From a virus (Duplodnaviria > Caudoviricetes), in the IMG/VR virus record IMGVR_UViG_3300033273_000677, positions 711 to 64,710 of that record: a stretch of DNA of 64,000 nt; one strand, given 5' to 3'. Made by a program: the position numbers and the translations under genes. Positions 44,201 through 54,300 of the stretch are shown here, piece by piece. The notes below the pieces were generated by a model, which was not told the origin of the DNA, ran no database searches, and was given only the letters and a program-made list of their open reading frames with translations. The first letter of the stretch is position 1, and each line of letters begins with the position of its first letter.

Positions 44201-46831
44201 CAATATCCATTGGCATTTTCTGGAATAACTCACACTTTATCTGGTAATATAGGAATTACTACTACTATCATTCCTTTGAGTGGAATTTCATCAATTAATC
44301 CAAGAGATGTTTTATTGGTTGATGATGAATATTTGAAAGTTACTAATGTTGGAAATGGAACATCCACTGCTGGACCAATCACAAATAGCGGAAGTGTAAA
44401 ACTTGTAGAAGTTGATAGAGGATTTGTTGGATCTTCCGCAACAACTCATACTAATTCTACAAGTGTTCAACTTTATAGAGGATCATTTAATATTGTTGAT
44501 GATGAAATTCACTTTACAGAACCTCCAAGAGGAAATCCTCAAATCGATAAAACTGACTCCAATTTGGACTTTGAAACATCTTCCTTTAATGGAAGAGTAT
44601 TCTTAAAATCAAATTACAATAACAATAAAGTATATGATGATATTTCTGATAAATTTACTGGAATAGGAAGAACATTTACTTTGACAGTTGGTGGTGCTAA
44701 CACTACTGGTATTGGAACAGATGGAGGCAGTGGTCTTGTGTTTGTCAACAACATCTATCAATCACCAAAAACAGATAATAATCCATCCATATTTAACTAT
44801 GAAATTTTAGAAAATACTACATCAGGAATAACAACTGTAGAATTTTCTGGTATAACCAGACCCGATAATGTTCTTGAATATGTAAGTTCCGATTCTGATA
44901 TAAATCAAAATGAGACTCCCAGGGGAGGGATTATAGTTTCTTATGCTTCTACACCTGGACTTGGATTTGCTCCACTTGTAGGTGCTTCTGTAACAGCTGT
45001 TGTTGGTGCTGGGGGATCTATCGTATCTGTAGGACTGGGAACTACCGACAATCTTGGATCTGGATATAATGGATTAGTTTCAATTGGAGTATCAGTTTTT
45101 GAAGAAGGTCATTCTGGAACTCCTGCAGAAATAACAGCAACAGCAAATGTCGGTGCTGGTGGAACACTTTCTTTCAATGTCAATTCAGGTGGAACTGGGT
45201 ATACAAATCCACAAATATTTGTATCTGATCCATCATATGCAAATCTTCCTGTCACTGGTGTTTATAGAGAGGGTATTGGCAACACAACAACCACCGGTAT
45301 CGGGTTATTAATGGATGTTATAGTTGGTGGTGCTTCTACAAATGTTGGAATTGGTTCAACTTATTTTGAAGTGAAAGATTTTAACTTCTCAAGATCCGGT
45401 TATGCATTCAAGAGAGGTGACATTTTCAAACCAGTCGGTTTAGTTACCGATTCCAATTTATCATCTCCATTATCAGATTTTACAATAGAAGTAATTGATA
45501 CATATTCTGACAATTTTGCAGCATGGGAATTTGGTGAACTCGATTATATAGATTCTATTCAAAATCTTCAGAATGGAAGTAGAACAAGATTCCCACTCAA
45601 CTATAATGGAGAACTTCTTAGTTTTAAACCACAAGAAGGATCTCCAATCGAAGAAAATATCAATAATGTATTAGTTATCTTTATAAATGGTGTTCTTCAA
45701 AAACCGGTAACTAATTTCGTCTTTGAAGGTGGAACTTCTTTCGTATTCACCAAAGCACCTTTACCAGAAGATGAAGTTGAAATTTATTTCTATAAGGGTG
45801 TTGATGGAATTGATTCTAATTCAGTAGATAATGTGAGACCAACACTAAAAACTGGTGATAAGGTTCAAGTTATTAGTAATAATAATGTTCCAAATACAAT
45901 AACTCAAAACGAGAGAACTGTTTACAATTTAGCATTCTCCGATAAATTTGAAACTAATAGATATTTTGAGCAGGGAATCGATGAAAGTAATTTCAAACCA
46001 CTTTCTTGGATTAAGCAAAAATCTGACAAAAAAGTTAATGGTGAATTTGTAAGTAAGTCCAGAGATGTATTAGAACCTCTAATTTTCCCAACTGCAAGAA
46101 TTATTAAGGATGTGTCTGTGAGCGATACTGAAGTATTTGTTGATAATGCAGAACTTTTCGAATACGAAGATAAAGTGAATGCTGCCTCAGTAGGAACTCC
46201 ATATGACGATGGTTCTACACCATGTGATGCATTGGTTGTCAATGGAATTTCTACAGTTGGATATTCAACTGGTCTTGTTGAAAAAATTACTGGATTCAAT
46301 GCTATAAATGGTTCTTCTGGAATTATTACTGGGATCACGACATCTACAGGATCTGGATCAAATCCATTGGCTATTGTATTCTCAATTACCGATACTAACA
46401 GCACATTGAGTGGATTATCTACTGGATATCCTATCTACATTCATGATACAAACGTAGGTAATGGAGTTACATCAATTAATAGTTCGGATTCTGAAGTCGT
46501 TGGTATTGGAACTACATGTTTAGATAACATTTATTATGTTTCCGATGTCTCATCATCGCAGTTAATAACAGGTGTATACTTAGGAATTGTAACTTGCAAT
46601 GTACATTCTAATACAAATATTGTAGGTATTGCCACTACTGGAAGTTCTCCCAATAATATTGTTGGAAGATATTCATGGGGTAGATTATCTGGAGGAACAA
46701 GATCCTCAAGTCCAATATCCATTGGTGTAACCGGTAATATTGTTTCCGGATTATCAACATATCCGACTATTCAAAGAAGAGGTGGAATTAATATAAGAAA
46801 GACAGGTGCTCTTCCAAAAATTGAAAATTAA
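35204..46831 (+). CDS. gp7: Baseplate wedge initiator gp7-like giant structural protein (3875 aa)
   Basis: Lies between gp6 and gp8; FYSSKGT motif, internal YHYH-like domain (GWAYDGNPIYGPYG), QNLSYSVKS...LVHTSG. Confidence 0.75.
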   Translation: MIQTGIESRVKIQDVISNQLPEFLLDESPKAIDFLKQYYISQEYQGGPVDLIDNLDQYLKVDNLKPEVIVDSVLLDNDVTSTDTIIEVSSTKGFPNEYGLLKIDDEIITYTGITSNTFTGCIRGFSGISEFDQNSNSKDLVFSTSTATSHKSSAPVQNLSSLFLKEFYIKLKSTFTPGLENISFVEEIDAGNFIKRAKDFYSSKGTDEAIKILFKVIFGESPSIINLEDYLIKPSFANYVRREIVIAEVVSGEPLKIIGETLIKNTDANTTASISAVEPFSRKGKTFYKIELYISNDGRSSVEGNFEITPNTKLIESASVGDNILTVDSTLSFPESGTLISGNNTISYTGKSVNQFFGCTGINTAVAKSSNIRSNDTYFSYENGDVTKKVELIIFGVISDFKQESENFKASEGDLISIKNIGDKIKNNNSNWKEIFANSLIYNTSTRYEISNNDSNKLSSTIDRSSLKIGDEVEILERESEIVVTSSNPVYITNIDKSQNTLTLENKPSLNANTKYDIRRKLNKTKSSGSTFESDSLLSDVLNLYVDKDEYAYIASNSLPSKIVELSNGTVIDNYRLDVQESVKSVTISNLSNLTDLSDEVYNTFEVDNVPFLTGEEVFYSSEGETLVGLTTGTYFVKKISNKKFKLYGSQSTISSGSNLTFQVSNSGLGTHTFILNSQKENDLGIQKILRKFPLEKNIKEGSGTLTVPGKTGMLINGVEIDNYKSDDAVYFGPINDANVLFGGEDYDVINLPRIVVSDSTGSGAKIQPVISGKFEKVYVDTQDYDIDKIASIDISGGNGSGAVIEPVLITRPREVLFNADEFSSGGGVNETTNQIVFLTDHNFVNGEQVIYNSLGNTAIKIGTSISNEFMPDNSTYFVEVTNNKAIKLYFNLEDQQSKTNPVGIFTGSLGSHKFSTVSSKKQIDSIKIINSGEGYTNRKLIVSPTGISTVNNLVNFVNHGFNDGELVSYDYETTQISGISSANQYYVLKVDNDSFRLCNAGVGGTITSNYERLNYEKFNSIGSGEQYFKYPDISVSIQYTTTGIGSTTQTFENLVLTPVVKGEIIDAYVYESGTGYGSTIINYQRKPTVTLQNGKSAQLTPVVVNGRLTKVSISYQGTEYYSVPDLIVSGTGTGAELRAIINDSGQISEVKVLNTGIGYSSSNTSIEVIPSGKNAFIDSQIRKLTINNNHTKFSTGEVLLNGKDKLQYSVSKYFESLRNSFLENANSRSEIIGWAYDGNPIYGPYGYPNPAIPLGVKTLESGYTLDSSNVVDRPSGFDDGFFVEDYKFDNSGDLDEYNGRYERNDDFPNGVYAYHATIDEFPYFIGNKYRSEPVFDSNLDQSFDFNNSNLLRNTLPYKVSEKGADYDFVNEISDVLEQKIKVVSVTSGPIESLEIQSAGDKFKVGDKLIFDETNTSGSGLDVAVESLKGKNITNIETTSTSYQNSVFTWNSSDKIKVSILPNHNLSNLDYVTISGFSTNLSKLNGSNRISVPSYNNATCLSTITSSSAGFTTEIYVAPIPDQISVGSSISIGTETLRVLGVFKNENILRIERGSTGISHTVGTAVSFLPDFFTIDKSVDKFESSTSNKVFFNPRESIGVSTISGVGYSTSFVFGNITVNKDIPSKSININNHSFTTNQRVVFTNNGTSITVSTDGVNVSNIDTNLFVINKNPNLIGLKTSIDGDELFFHSNGDDNDLYSLESNPTQVLGNVDKREVSVFVSTAHELRNGDFITLDVQPNLSVGIGTSTAVRVVYNSQIGNITVNPIGFNSTGINTSTNEFTINNHEFETGDKVLYEDIGYGEYFVFKIDNNKFKLCETYFDSQQNPPTTVSFASTGTASQSISLINPKLNPTKNNNFVFDLSDSSLTGYNFRIYEDSKFNNEFISVGSTNQFTITKTGTIGSASASLTLNYNSNIPEKLYYTLEKDGTIVKSDTEVENYSTIEYKESVYNNTYKITGIGTTTFNLNITEKPERSFYISTECDVLNYSTSSSFASGPVNSLNAISFGSGYKSLPTLKSTNSISGFDLLVNPLSNSIGSVKEKEILNNKFTYSSDKTLRPKANVSPTIVLEDLNTIDQILVTNSGEGYTTAPTLKLVDSVSRNVIDSGILKPILTGSAISSVNVESKPKGLPDETVEIFATNNTNGVAIVSVESSNSGIFTCTISTPITTGISAFTVQPFNVGDKVYVEGIQKFSSTGDGFNSEDYGFKYFEVTNINTSGVNDTVTISVSGLTTNTGIAKTVQDYSGVLINKNDYPQFEITQKLSEFFEGESLSSNGIIRDLTVAKNIENQLKVSGLYDLSVGEVITGTESGTVATIKSLNVNEAFFDVEFSNRKNIGWRDQVGKLSEDYQVIPDNDYYQNLSYSVKSSITYKDQQSPVENLVHTSGLKNFANTGISSSVTAGITTTKEQFTIIYDIVDDRRVDTVNNFDNVVDVDVVNSTSKFLKLENRNLTNYAELRNLNVLEIDDISDQFSNSESENTEFLSIDEVDNITYQNYLFRVTSSDNSEIQLTDLTILSDGIETVIVENESLYNSNTQYGSFELFENEFDETFLRFIPVDPFNTDYDVKLIKQSFNTSLSGVGTQPVGFVTLTGSVDIENSTVGLGTTTIISVDSNKFKSLYINAQVTNTITDDMNYVRLYVAHDGTNSFMSEYYIDNTLSSSTGDSIGTFYSNLSSGILSITHENTTSNTINIKTNIVGFGTTTSGIGTYRFKSSDQLDGQERSVVYNSNYQSTVSLASTTIHTLDKTLFNASKSLVQVSIGASKALHQVMMLFDGNDVYTQQLPFLSVDSITNTLDTLSGIGTFGGEVSGSNLILKFYPDNQNQQVDIEVFNKSLYSQVDSINNYLDLSYGAVTESIDERFYNSINGDRINRTNFKLNSKLKPIFSKEFNPNSVALAQTTGIFTIPDHFFMTGEELIYTPNSTIVGVGTSAMMTSATDVLPSTVYAIKITEDTFKVAITTTAAQSGIGITFTSLGEGNAHRFTMKERNTKCLISVDELVQYPLAFSGITHTLSGNIGITTTIIPLSGISSINPRDVLLVDDEYLKVTNVGNGTSTAGPITNSGSVKLVEVDRGFVGSSATTHTNSTSVQLYRGSFNIVDDEIHFTEPPRGNPQIDKTDSNLDFETSSFNGRVFLKSNYNNNKVYDDISDKFTGIGRTFTLTVGGANTTGIGTDGGSGLVFVNNIYQSPKTDNNPSIFNYEILENTTSGITTVEFSGITRPDNVLEYVSSDSDINQNETPRGGIIVSYASTPGLGFAPLVGASVTAVVGAGGSIVSVGLGTTDNLGSGYNGLVSIGVSVFEEGHSGTPAEITATANVGAGGTLSFNVNSGGTGYTNPQIFVSDPSYANLPVTGVYREGIGNTTTTGIGLLMDVIVGGASTNVGIGSTYFEVKDFNFSRSGYAFKRGDIFKPVGLVTDSNLSSPLSDFTIEVIDTYSDNFAAWEFGELDYIDSIQNLQNGSRTRFPLNYNGELLSFKPQEGSPIEENINNVLVIFINGVLQKPVTNFVFEGGTSFVFTKAPLPEDEVEIYFYKGVDGIDSNSVDNVRPTLKTGDKVQVISNNNVPNTITQNERTVYNLAFSDKFETNRYFEQGIDESNFKPLSWIKQKSDKKVNGEFVSKSRDVLEPLIFPTARIIKDVSVSDTEVFVDNAELFEYEDKVNAASVGTPYDDGSTPCDALVVNGISTVGYSTGLVEKITGFNAINGSSGIITGITTSTGSGSNPLAIVFSITDTNSTLSGLSTGYPIYIHDTNVGNGVTSINSSDSEVVGIGTTCLDNIYYVSDVSSSQLITGVYLGIVTCNVHSNTNIVGIATTGSSPNNIVGRYSWGRLSGGTRSSSPISIGVTGNIVSGLSTYPTIQRRGGINIRKTGALPKIEN

Positions 46832-46839
46832 TATTATCG

Positions 46840-46847
46840 TATAAATA
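46840..46847 (+). promoter_or_regulatory. T4-type late promoter
   Basis: TATAAATA upstream of gp8. Confidence 0.75.
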
Positions 46848-46864
46848 TCTAAAAAACAATTAAT

Positions 46865-48391
46865 ATGTCTGCATTCGTAACAGATCAATTTAGAATATTG
46901 AATGCTGGTTCTTTTGTAGAGTCCATCAATAATAACTCTTATTACGCTTTTTTGGGTCTGTCAAATCCAACGACTCCAAATCCTGGATTTGGTAGAACCT
47001 CTAACTGGAATTCAAGCACAACTAATAATCCTGTAGATAATTTTCAACATTTATCTCATTATAGAGATACTAGTTTGTTTGGTAAAAAAATTACCACAGA
47101 AAATGCCAGAAGAGTTATAAGAAAAATTGAGTGGGTCTCAAATAATCAATATGATGCATATAGACATGATTATGGACAAAATAACATAGCACCTGTAAGT
47201 AAAGCTTTAAAGTTATATGATGCAAACTATTATGTAATTACTAGTGATTTTAAAGTTTATGTTTGTATAGAAAACGGAACAACAGGGATTAATCCAACTG
47301 TTCCTCGATCAACTTTCGAACCAATACATACTGATGTAGAACCTGTTTCTTATTCAGATGGATATAAATGGAAATATCTTTTTAAAGTTTCACCATCAGA
47401 TATTATAAAATTTGACTCTACAGAGTTTATTGTTGTCCCAAATAATTGGGAAACCACTACAGATTCTGAGATTGCAGTTATTAGAGATGGTGGCAATTCA
47501 GATGAAAAAGATAATCAGATAAGGACAGTATATATTGAAAATGGTGGAACTGGATATGGTACTGGCACAGGTTCCTTCACAGCATCAATTCTAGGTGATG
47601 GTAGTGGTGGTGAAGTTAGTATAACAACAGATACTAATGGAGTTATAACTGGTGTTCAGGTAACTCAAGGTGGAAAGGGATATACTTATGGAATTGTTGA
47701 TTTAAGTTCAAGTTCTGGATCTGGGTCAAAATTAATCCCAATTATTCCTCCATCCAAAGGACATGGGTATAATATTTACAAAGAATTGGGTACAGACAGA
47801 GTATTACTATATGCTAGATTTGATAGTTCGACAAAGGATTTTCCTATAGATACAAAATTTGCTCAGGTTGGTATTGTAAAAAATCCTGAACAATTTGCAG
47901 GAACAGGTGTGACATTTACAGGAAATACATTTTCATCACTTTTTTCTGTTGGATTGACTACTTCCAGAACTGTGACTATTGGTGAAAAAATTACTCAAGA
48001 TCAAGGTAATAATGTTGAAGCGAGAGGTTATGTAGCTTCTTTTGATAAAGAAACTAATATTTTGAAATACTATCAAGATAGATCTTTATGTTTTGGTAAT
48101 GAAGTTGACCAAACACAACATCCAAATACAGCAGGTATCACTACATTTAATTCTAGTAGTGCTATCAACTTTTCAGAATCTTTAGGATCTGCAACAATTG
48201 ATAATAGTTTAAATGGTAGTGTTATAACTGTTAATTCAAAACAAATTAATTTGGGAGTTACTTTCTCAAATGGACTTGCAAATCCTGAGATAAATAAAAA
48301 GACAGGGGATATAATCTACATCGATAATCGACCCGAAGTTCAAAGAGACTCTAGACAAAAAGAAGACGTTAAAATCATTCTGGAATTCTAA
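46865..48391 (+). CDS. gp8: Baseplate wedge subunit gp8
   Basis: YVCIEN, DGYKWKYL, GHG, GDIIYIDNR...QKEDVKIILEF. Confidence 0.88.
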   Translation: MSAFVTDQFRILNAGSFVESINNNSYYAFLGLSNPTTPNPGFGRTSNWNSSTTNNPVDNFQHLSHYRDTSLFGKKITTENARRVIRKIEWVSNNQYDAYRHDYGQNNIAPVSKALKLYDANYYVITSDFKVYVCIENGTTGINPTVPRSTFEPIHTDVEPVSYSDGYKWKYLFKVSPSDIIKFDSTEFIVVPNNWETTTDSEIAVIRDGGNSDEKDNQIRTVYIENGGTGYGTGTGSFTASILGDGSGGEVSITTDTNGVITGVQVTQGGKGYTYGIVDLSSSSGSGSKLIPIIPPSKGHGYNIYKELGTDRVLLYARFDSSTKDFPIDTKFAQVGIVKNPEQFAGTGVTFTGNTFSSLFSVGLTTSRTVTIGEKITQDQGNNVEARGYVASFDKETNILKYYQDRSLCFGNEVDQTQHPNTAGITTFNSSSAINFSESLGSATIDNSLNGSVITVNSKQINLGVTFSNGLANPEINKKTGDIIYIDNRPEVQRDSRQKEDVKIILEF

Positions 48392-48396
48392 AAAAG

Positions 48397-51300
48397 ATGG
48401 CACAAAAAACCGACTTAAATATCAACCCATATTATGATGACTTTGATGAGGATAAAAACTTTTACAAAGTTTTATTTAAACCAGGATTTCCAGTTCAAGC
48501 TAGAGAACTAACCACTCTTCAGTCTATTTTACAAAATCAAGTAGAGTCTTTTGGAAGTAATATTTTTAAAGAAGGATCCATGGTTATACCTGGAGGTATA
48601 ACTTTTGATAATGACTATTCCGCAGTAAAATTAAATTCTACCAATTTAGGAATAGATGTTTCCCTCTATATTAAGAATTTTATTGGAAAAACGATAACGG
48701 GACAAAGTTCTGGTGTAACTGCTAGTGTTAAAAATGTAGCACTTACCAGTGAGTCTGATTTGGTAGAATACTTAACAATATATGTAAAATATTCTACGGC
48801 AGGTAACGATCCTGAAATATCTGCATTTGAGGATGGAGAATTATTAATTGCTAATGAGAATGTAACATATGGAAATACTACAATTTCTTCTGGTACAGCA
48901 TTTGCATCATTGATTGCATCTAATGCAACATCTACAGGTTCTGCATTGTCTGTTGATAGTGGAGTTTATTTTGTAAGAGGAACGTTTGTTGATGTTCCAA
49001 AACAAACTCTTATATTAGATTATTATACGAATACACCATCGTATAGAGTAGGATTTAATATAAAAGAAGAAATTATTAATGCCAAAGATGATGATTCTTT
49101 GTATGATAATGCAAAGGGTTTTACAAATTTTGCAGCACCGGGTGCAGATAGATTCAAAATTTCATTAAATTTGACTAAAAAATCATTAACAGATTTTAAT
49201 GACACTGATTTTATAGAAATTTTTAGATCTGATGATGGAAAGATCAAGAAAGTAGTTGATAAAACTGTATATAATATTATCAGAGATTATATTGCAGAAA
49301 GAACATTTGACGAGTCAGGACATTATACGGTTGATGAGTTTGAATTAAAAGTTTTAAACTCATTGAATGATAGAATTGATAATGATGGTTTATTCTTAGA
49401 AAATGAAACGACAGAAGAAGGAAATATCCCAAATGATGATTTAATGTGCGTTCAGGTATCACCTGGAAAAGCATATGTTGCTGGATATGATGTTGAGATA
49501 GATGGAACAGCAACAATTGATGTAGAAAAACCAAGAGATACTCAAAACGTATCATCTATCAATGTTCCTTTTGAAATGGGACATCTTTTGAGAATTAATA
49601 ACGTTGAAGGTGCGGCAGAAGAAAAAGCAGAAATTGAATTAAAGTCTCAGTTTGAAGAAGACGGTGGTGGAAATGTTATTGGTAAAGCAAGAGTATATAC
49701 ATGTAACCTGACAGATGCCGCATATTCTGGCGATGCGACTGAATGGGATTTATACCTTTATGATATTCAAACGTATACTAATGTTGTATTTAATAGAGCG
49801 GTAACAACTACAGAAATTCCAACAACATCTTTCATAAAAGGAAAGAGTAGTGGAGCAAGTGGTTTTGTAGTCTTAGGAAAAAATGCTAATAATGTTGACA
49901 TTTATCAGACATCAGGTACTTTTGTTGCCGATGAGCAGTTAACAGTTAATGGTATCGATGCTTCATTATCTTTGAAGAGTTTTACAGTTTATGGTATTAG
50001 AGATATTAAGTCAGTAGAACAAACTGGATTGGTAGGTACTCCTTTTAAAGGAGATGCTGTCTTAACTAAGAAGAAAATCAGAGGAATTACTGAAGCAAAT
50101 TTTGTAAGTTCTACAGGTGTCTTCACAAGTCCAGGTAATCTTTTTGTTGGTATTAAGACTGGTGACATTATTAGTTATCAAGTATCTGGAAAAAGTGATC
50201 CCACTTACAATAGAGTTACTCAGGTAGATGGAAATCTGACATCAATAACAGTTGATCCAATCGGTGGAAACAATGTGTCTGGAGTTTATGATAAAGATAA
50301 AGGTGGTAACGGAACTTATAACATTAGACTTGCAGTTCCAGAACTGAGGAATAATGAAAATGCTTCTCTGTTTGCAAGACTTCCAGATTCTAATATTTCA
50401 TCGGTTGATCTTTCTAATTCACAACTATCCATAACTCGTCAAATTACTGGAGAGTCAACAGATCCAAATGGAGTATTGGCATTTGATTTACCCACTGGTA
50501 TCACTAGTGCAACATATCAAGCATTTGATCAAGAAAGATATTCTGTACACTTTAATAATGGTACAATTGGAACAATAAATTCTGATACTTTTAGTTTATC
50601 TGGAAATACCGTAACTATTACTGGATTATTAGCAGGTCAAACAGGTAATGTTACTGTAAACACCACTCTTAAGAAGAATGGTATTAGAAGTAAAATTAAA
50701 GAATACAATAGAAGTGCTATAAGAATTGTAGATCTTTCTACACTTGCTCAATCTGGTGCAGCAACTAGCAATTCGATCAATGATGGATTGACTTATAATC
50801 CATACTACGGACTGAGAGTTCAAGATGATAAAATTTCATTGAATGTTCCAGACGTTGCTAAAGTTCTTTCAGTATATGAATCAACAAATACTGCCGATCC
50901 TATTTTAGATAGAATTCAATTCTCATCAATATCTCAAGTAGATACTGATGCAATTATTGGTGAGGATATTGTTGGATCCGATAGTGGAGCTTTGGCAAGA
51001 ATTGTTCAAAATTCATCTTCAGGAGCAACACCAGCAATTCCTACAAACAATATTGGTATTGTTTATTTAAATGATCAAACATTTTCTGTAGGAGAAACTG
51101 TAACCTTTAAGGAATCTGGAATAATTTCTACAGTAGAAGCAATAACTTTAGGCAAGTATAAAAATATAACAAATAACTTTAGATTAAATAAAGGTCAAAA
51201 AAGACAATATTATGATTTCTCAAGATTAGTTAGAGTTGGAACTCAAGTTCCAGAAAGGAGATTATTAATTGTATATGATCATTATACAGTTCCAGCATCA

Positions 51301-54300
51301 GATACTGGTGATGTATTCACTGTTCTTAGTTATGATGCGGACAGATTTTCTGAAGATGTCCCACTTATAGGTGAGAGACGTTTCGGAAGAGTCAGAGCTA
51401 CTGATACATTAGACTTTAGACCAAGAGTTCAGAATTTTACTGTAACCACATCATCTCCATTTGACTTTTCTTCAAGAAACTTTGGAACCGAACCACAATT
51501 CATATTGAAATCTGGAGAGGGGTCATTAATTGGGTATGATTTTTATCTTCCTAGAATTGATAGAGTATATCTCAATAAGTTTGGAAATGTTATTATTAGA
51601 AAAGGCATCTCTTCCGAAGAACCAGTTCCACCAGAGAATGAAGATACTGATTTGATGCAATTGGGACAAATTAATCTTCCTGCTTATTTGTATAATGTCG
51701 ATGATGCTGAAATAAGCATGATAGACAATAGAAGATATACTATGAGAGATATTGGTAATATTGAAGATAGGGTTGAAAATTTAGAAAGAGTCACATCATT
51801 AAGTTTATTAGAACTCGGAACAGAATCTCTAAGAGTTGAAGATTCTGAAGGGAACAATAGATTTAAGAGTGGAATATTTGTAGATGATTTTGATGATGAT
51901 TCTTTGTCTGATAATGATTTAACAACTGCTAACATTATTGATGGAGAACTGAGACCAATTGCATTTAGAAATACTTTACAGCAAAAATTAGTTCCAGCTG
52001 TAGAGCAACCGATAAGTTCGTTTGATTCTGAGGAAAATTATGATCTATTAGATCCAAATGTACAAAAAACAGGCAATGTAGTTACATTGAAATATGACTC
52101 CGTTGATTGGTTGAATCAAAGTTTTGCCACTAAAGTTGAAAATGTAAATCCATTCCATGTTATAGAATTTAATGGAATAGTTCAATTGAAACCAAAAAGA
52201 GATAATTGGGTAAGAACTATTAGACTTGCACCTCGTATAATTCGAAGAACTAAACGTAGAACGAGAAGAAGAGAAGTTCGAGGACCACGTAGAAGAATTG
52301 GATTTGATAGAAGAGTAAGAGAACGTAGATCTGTTAGTAGGTCTACAAGAACAGTTCTTGTTTCTTCAGGAAGAGAAAAATATATTCGTTCTAGAAATGT
52401 TGCTTTCTTTGGAAGATTATTCAGACCTCTTGCAAGACACTATCAATTCTTAGACAATCACAGCAACTTAGATTTTATTCCAAAACTGATTGAAATCGCA
52501 AACTCCAAGACTTTGAAAAATTATGGTTCTTCTAATGGTGCCTTCCGGACAGGAGAAACAGTAAGAGTTTATAAAGGAGGGAAGAGAATAGGAACATTTA
52601 GATTGGCAAAATCAAATCACAAAAAAGGAAAGTTCAATTCTCCAAAATTTACTTATACTACAAATCCATATGTACCATCAGAGTCTATACCTTCTGGATA
52701 TAGTCAATCATCCAAAACAATAAATATTGATTTAAATGCCTTGGCATCAGAAGCACAAGGTAGTTTTAGTGGATATGTTGAAAAAGGTGCAAAAATTGTT
52801 GGTCAAACCAGTGGTGCAATTGCTTATGTCAAAGACTTAAGACTTATTTCTGATGTCAATGGTACATTATTTGGATCATTCTTCATTAAAAATCCACACA
52901 GAAATCCAGCACCAAATCCAAGAATTCGTACAGGAAAGAAAACATTTAGATTAAGTAGTAGTAAAACCAATCAAACTCCATTACCAGGTAGTAAATTAAT
53001 CTCTGCCGGTGATGCAACTTATACAGCAAGAGGTACATTCCGTGAATTGCAAAGAGTAACTACTGTAACTACAACTATAACAAGAACAATTACCCGTAGA
53101 ACGGATCCTCTGGCACAAACTTTCACTGTTGGTAGGGATATTGAAGCACCCGATTTTAGTGGTGACAATGATGATGACAATGGAGTATTCTTAACAGAGG
53201 TAGATTTGTTCTTTGCATCAAAACCAAGTGGTGAAGAACCTATTACAGTTGAGATAAGATCAGTTGAACTTGGAATACCAACTTTAACTAGAATTGGTGA
53301 AGGAAAAACTTTATCTCCCAGTGAGGTAAAAATTTCGGCAAATGCAAAAACTCCAACAAGAGTGACATTTGATCAACCAATTTTCCTTCCACCAGGTCAA
53401 GAATATGCATTAGTATTGCTTGCACCAAATTCGGATCAATATGAAGTTTGGACTGCAAAGATGGGACAAAAAACTATTGAGACTAAAGATCTTCCAAATT
53501 CTCAAGCAATAAAATATTCCGTACAATTTGCAATTGGAAGTTTATTTAAATCACAGAATGGTTCAACATGGACTCCTGCTCAAAAACAGGATCTCAAATT
53601 CAAATTATATAAAGCAAAATTCACTGCAAATACTGGCATTGTACATTTTGGAAATCCTCCACTCGATTCTAGCAATGGATATGTTCCAACACTTGAAGAA
53701 AATTCACTAACAGCATTGCCAAAAAATGTAACTCTTGGTATCACTACCATTAGTTCTAGTGATTCTTTAGTTGGTATCTTAACTGCTGGTAGAAGAATTG
53801 CAGGTGCAGGAAATAGTTTTGGTACTATTGTTTCTACAGGAAGTAGTGCTTCTACTCTTACTGTAACTAATGGTGGTTTGAATTATACAAATCGTACTAA
53901 TTCTGCCACAACTAATGTCTTTGGTAGTGGTAGTGGATTGACAGTTGATATTACTCAGACTGCTGGTGTTATAACCGGAATTACTATCAATAATCCAGGA
54001 AATGGATATGTGACTGGAGACGTTGTTTCAATTGTAAATGGTTCGGGAGAAAGTGGTAGAGGTGCTGTTATTACAGTTACTGCTAGTGGTGATATCGATA
54101 CTTTATACTTAACAAATGTTCAAGGTTCAATTCCAACGGGAGATCTGGTTTACTATGATACTGACACCACCAAAGTTTCTCTTGCCAATACTGATGTCCT
54201 AACTTCAACTGAAGACGGTGGAATTTTCTCTGGAAATTATCTACATGTCGATCATTTCAATCATGGAATGTATGCAAATAATAATAAGTTGGAGTTGCAT

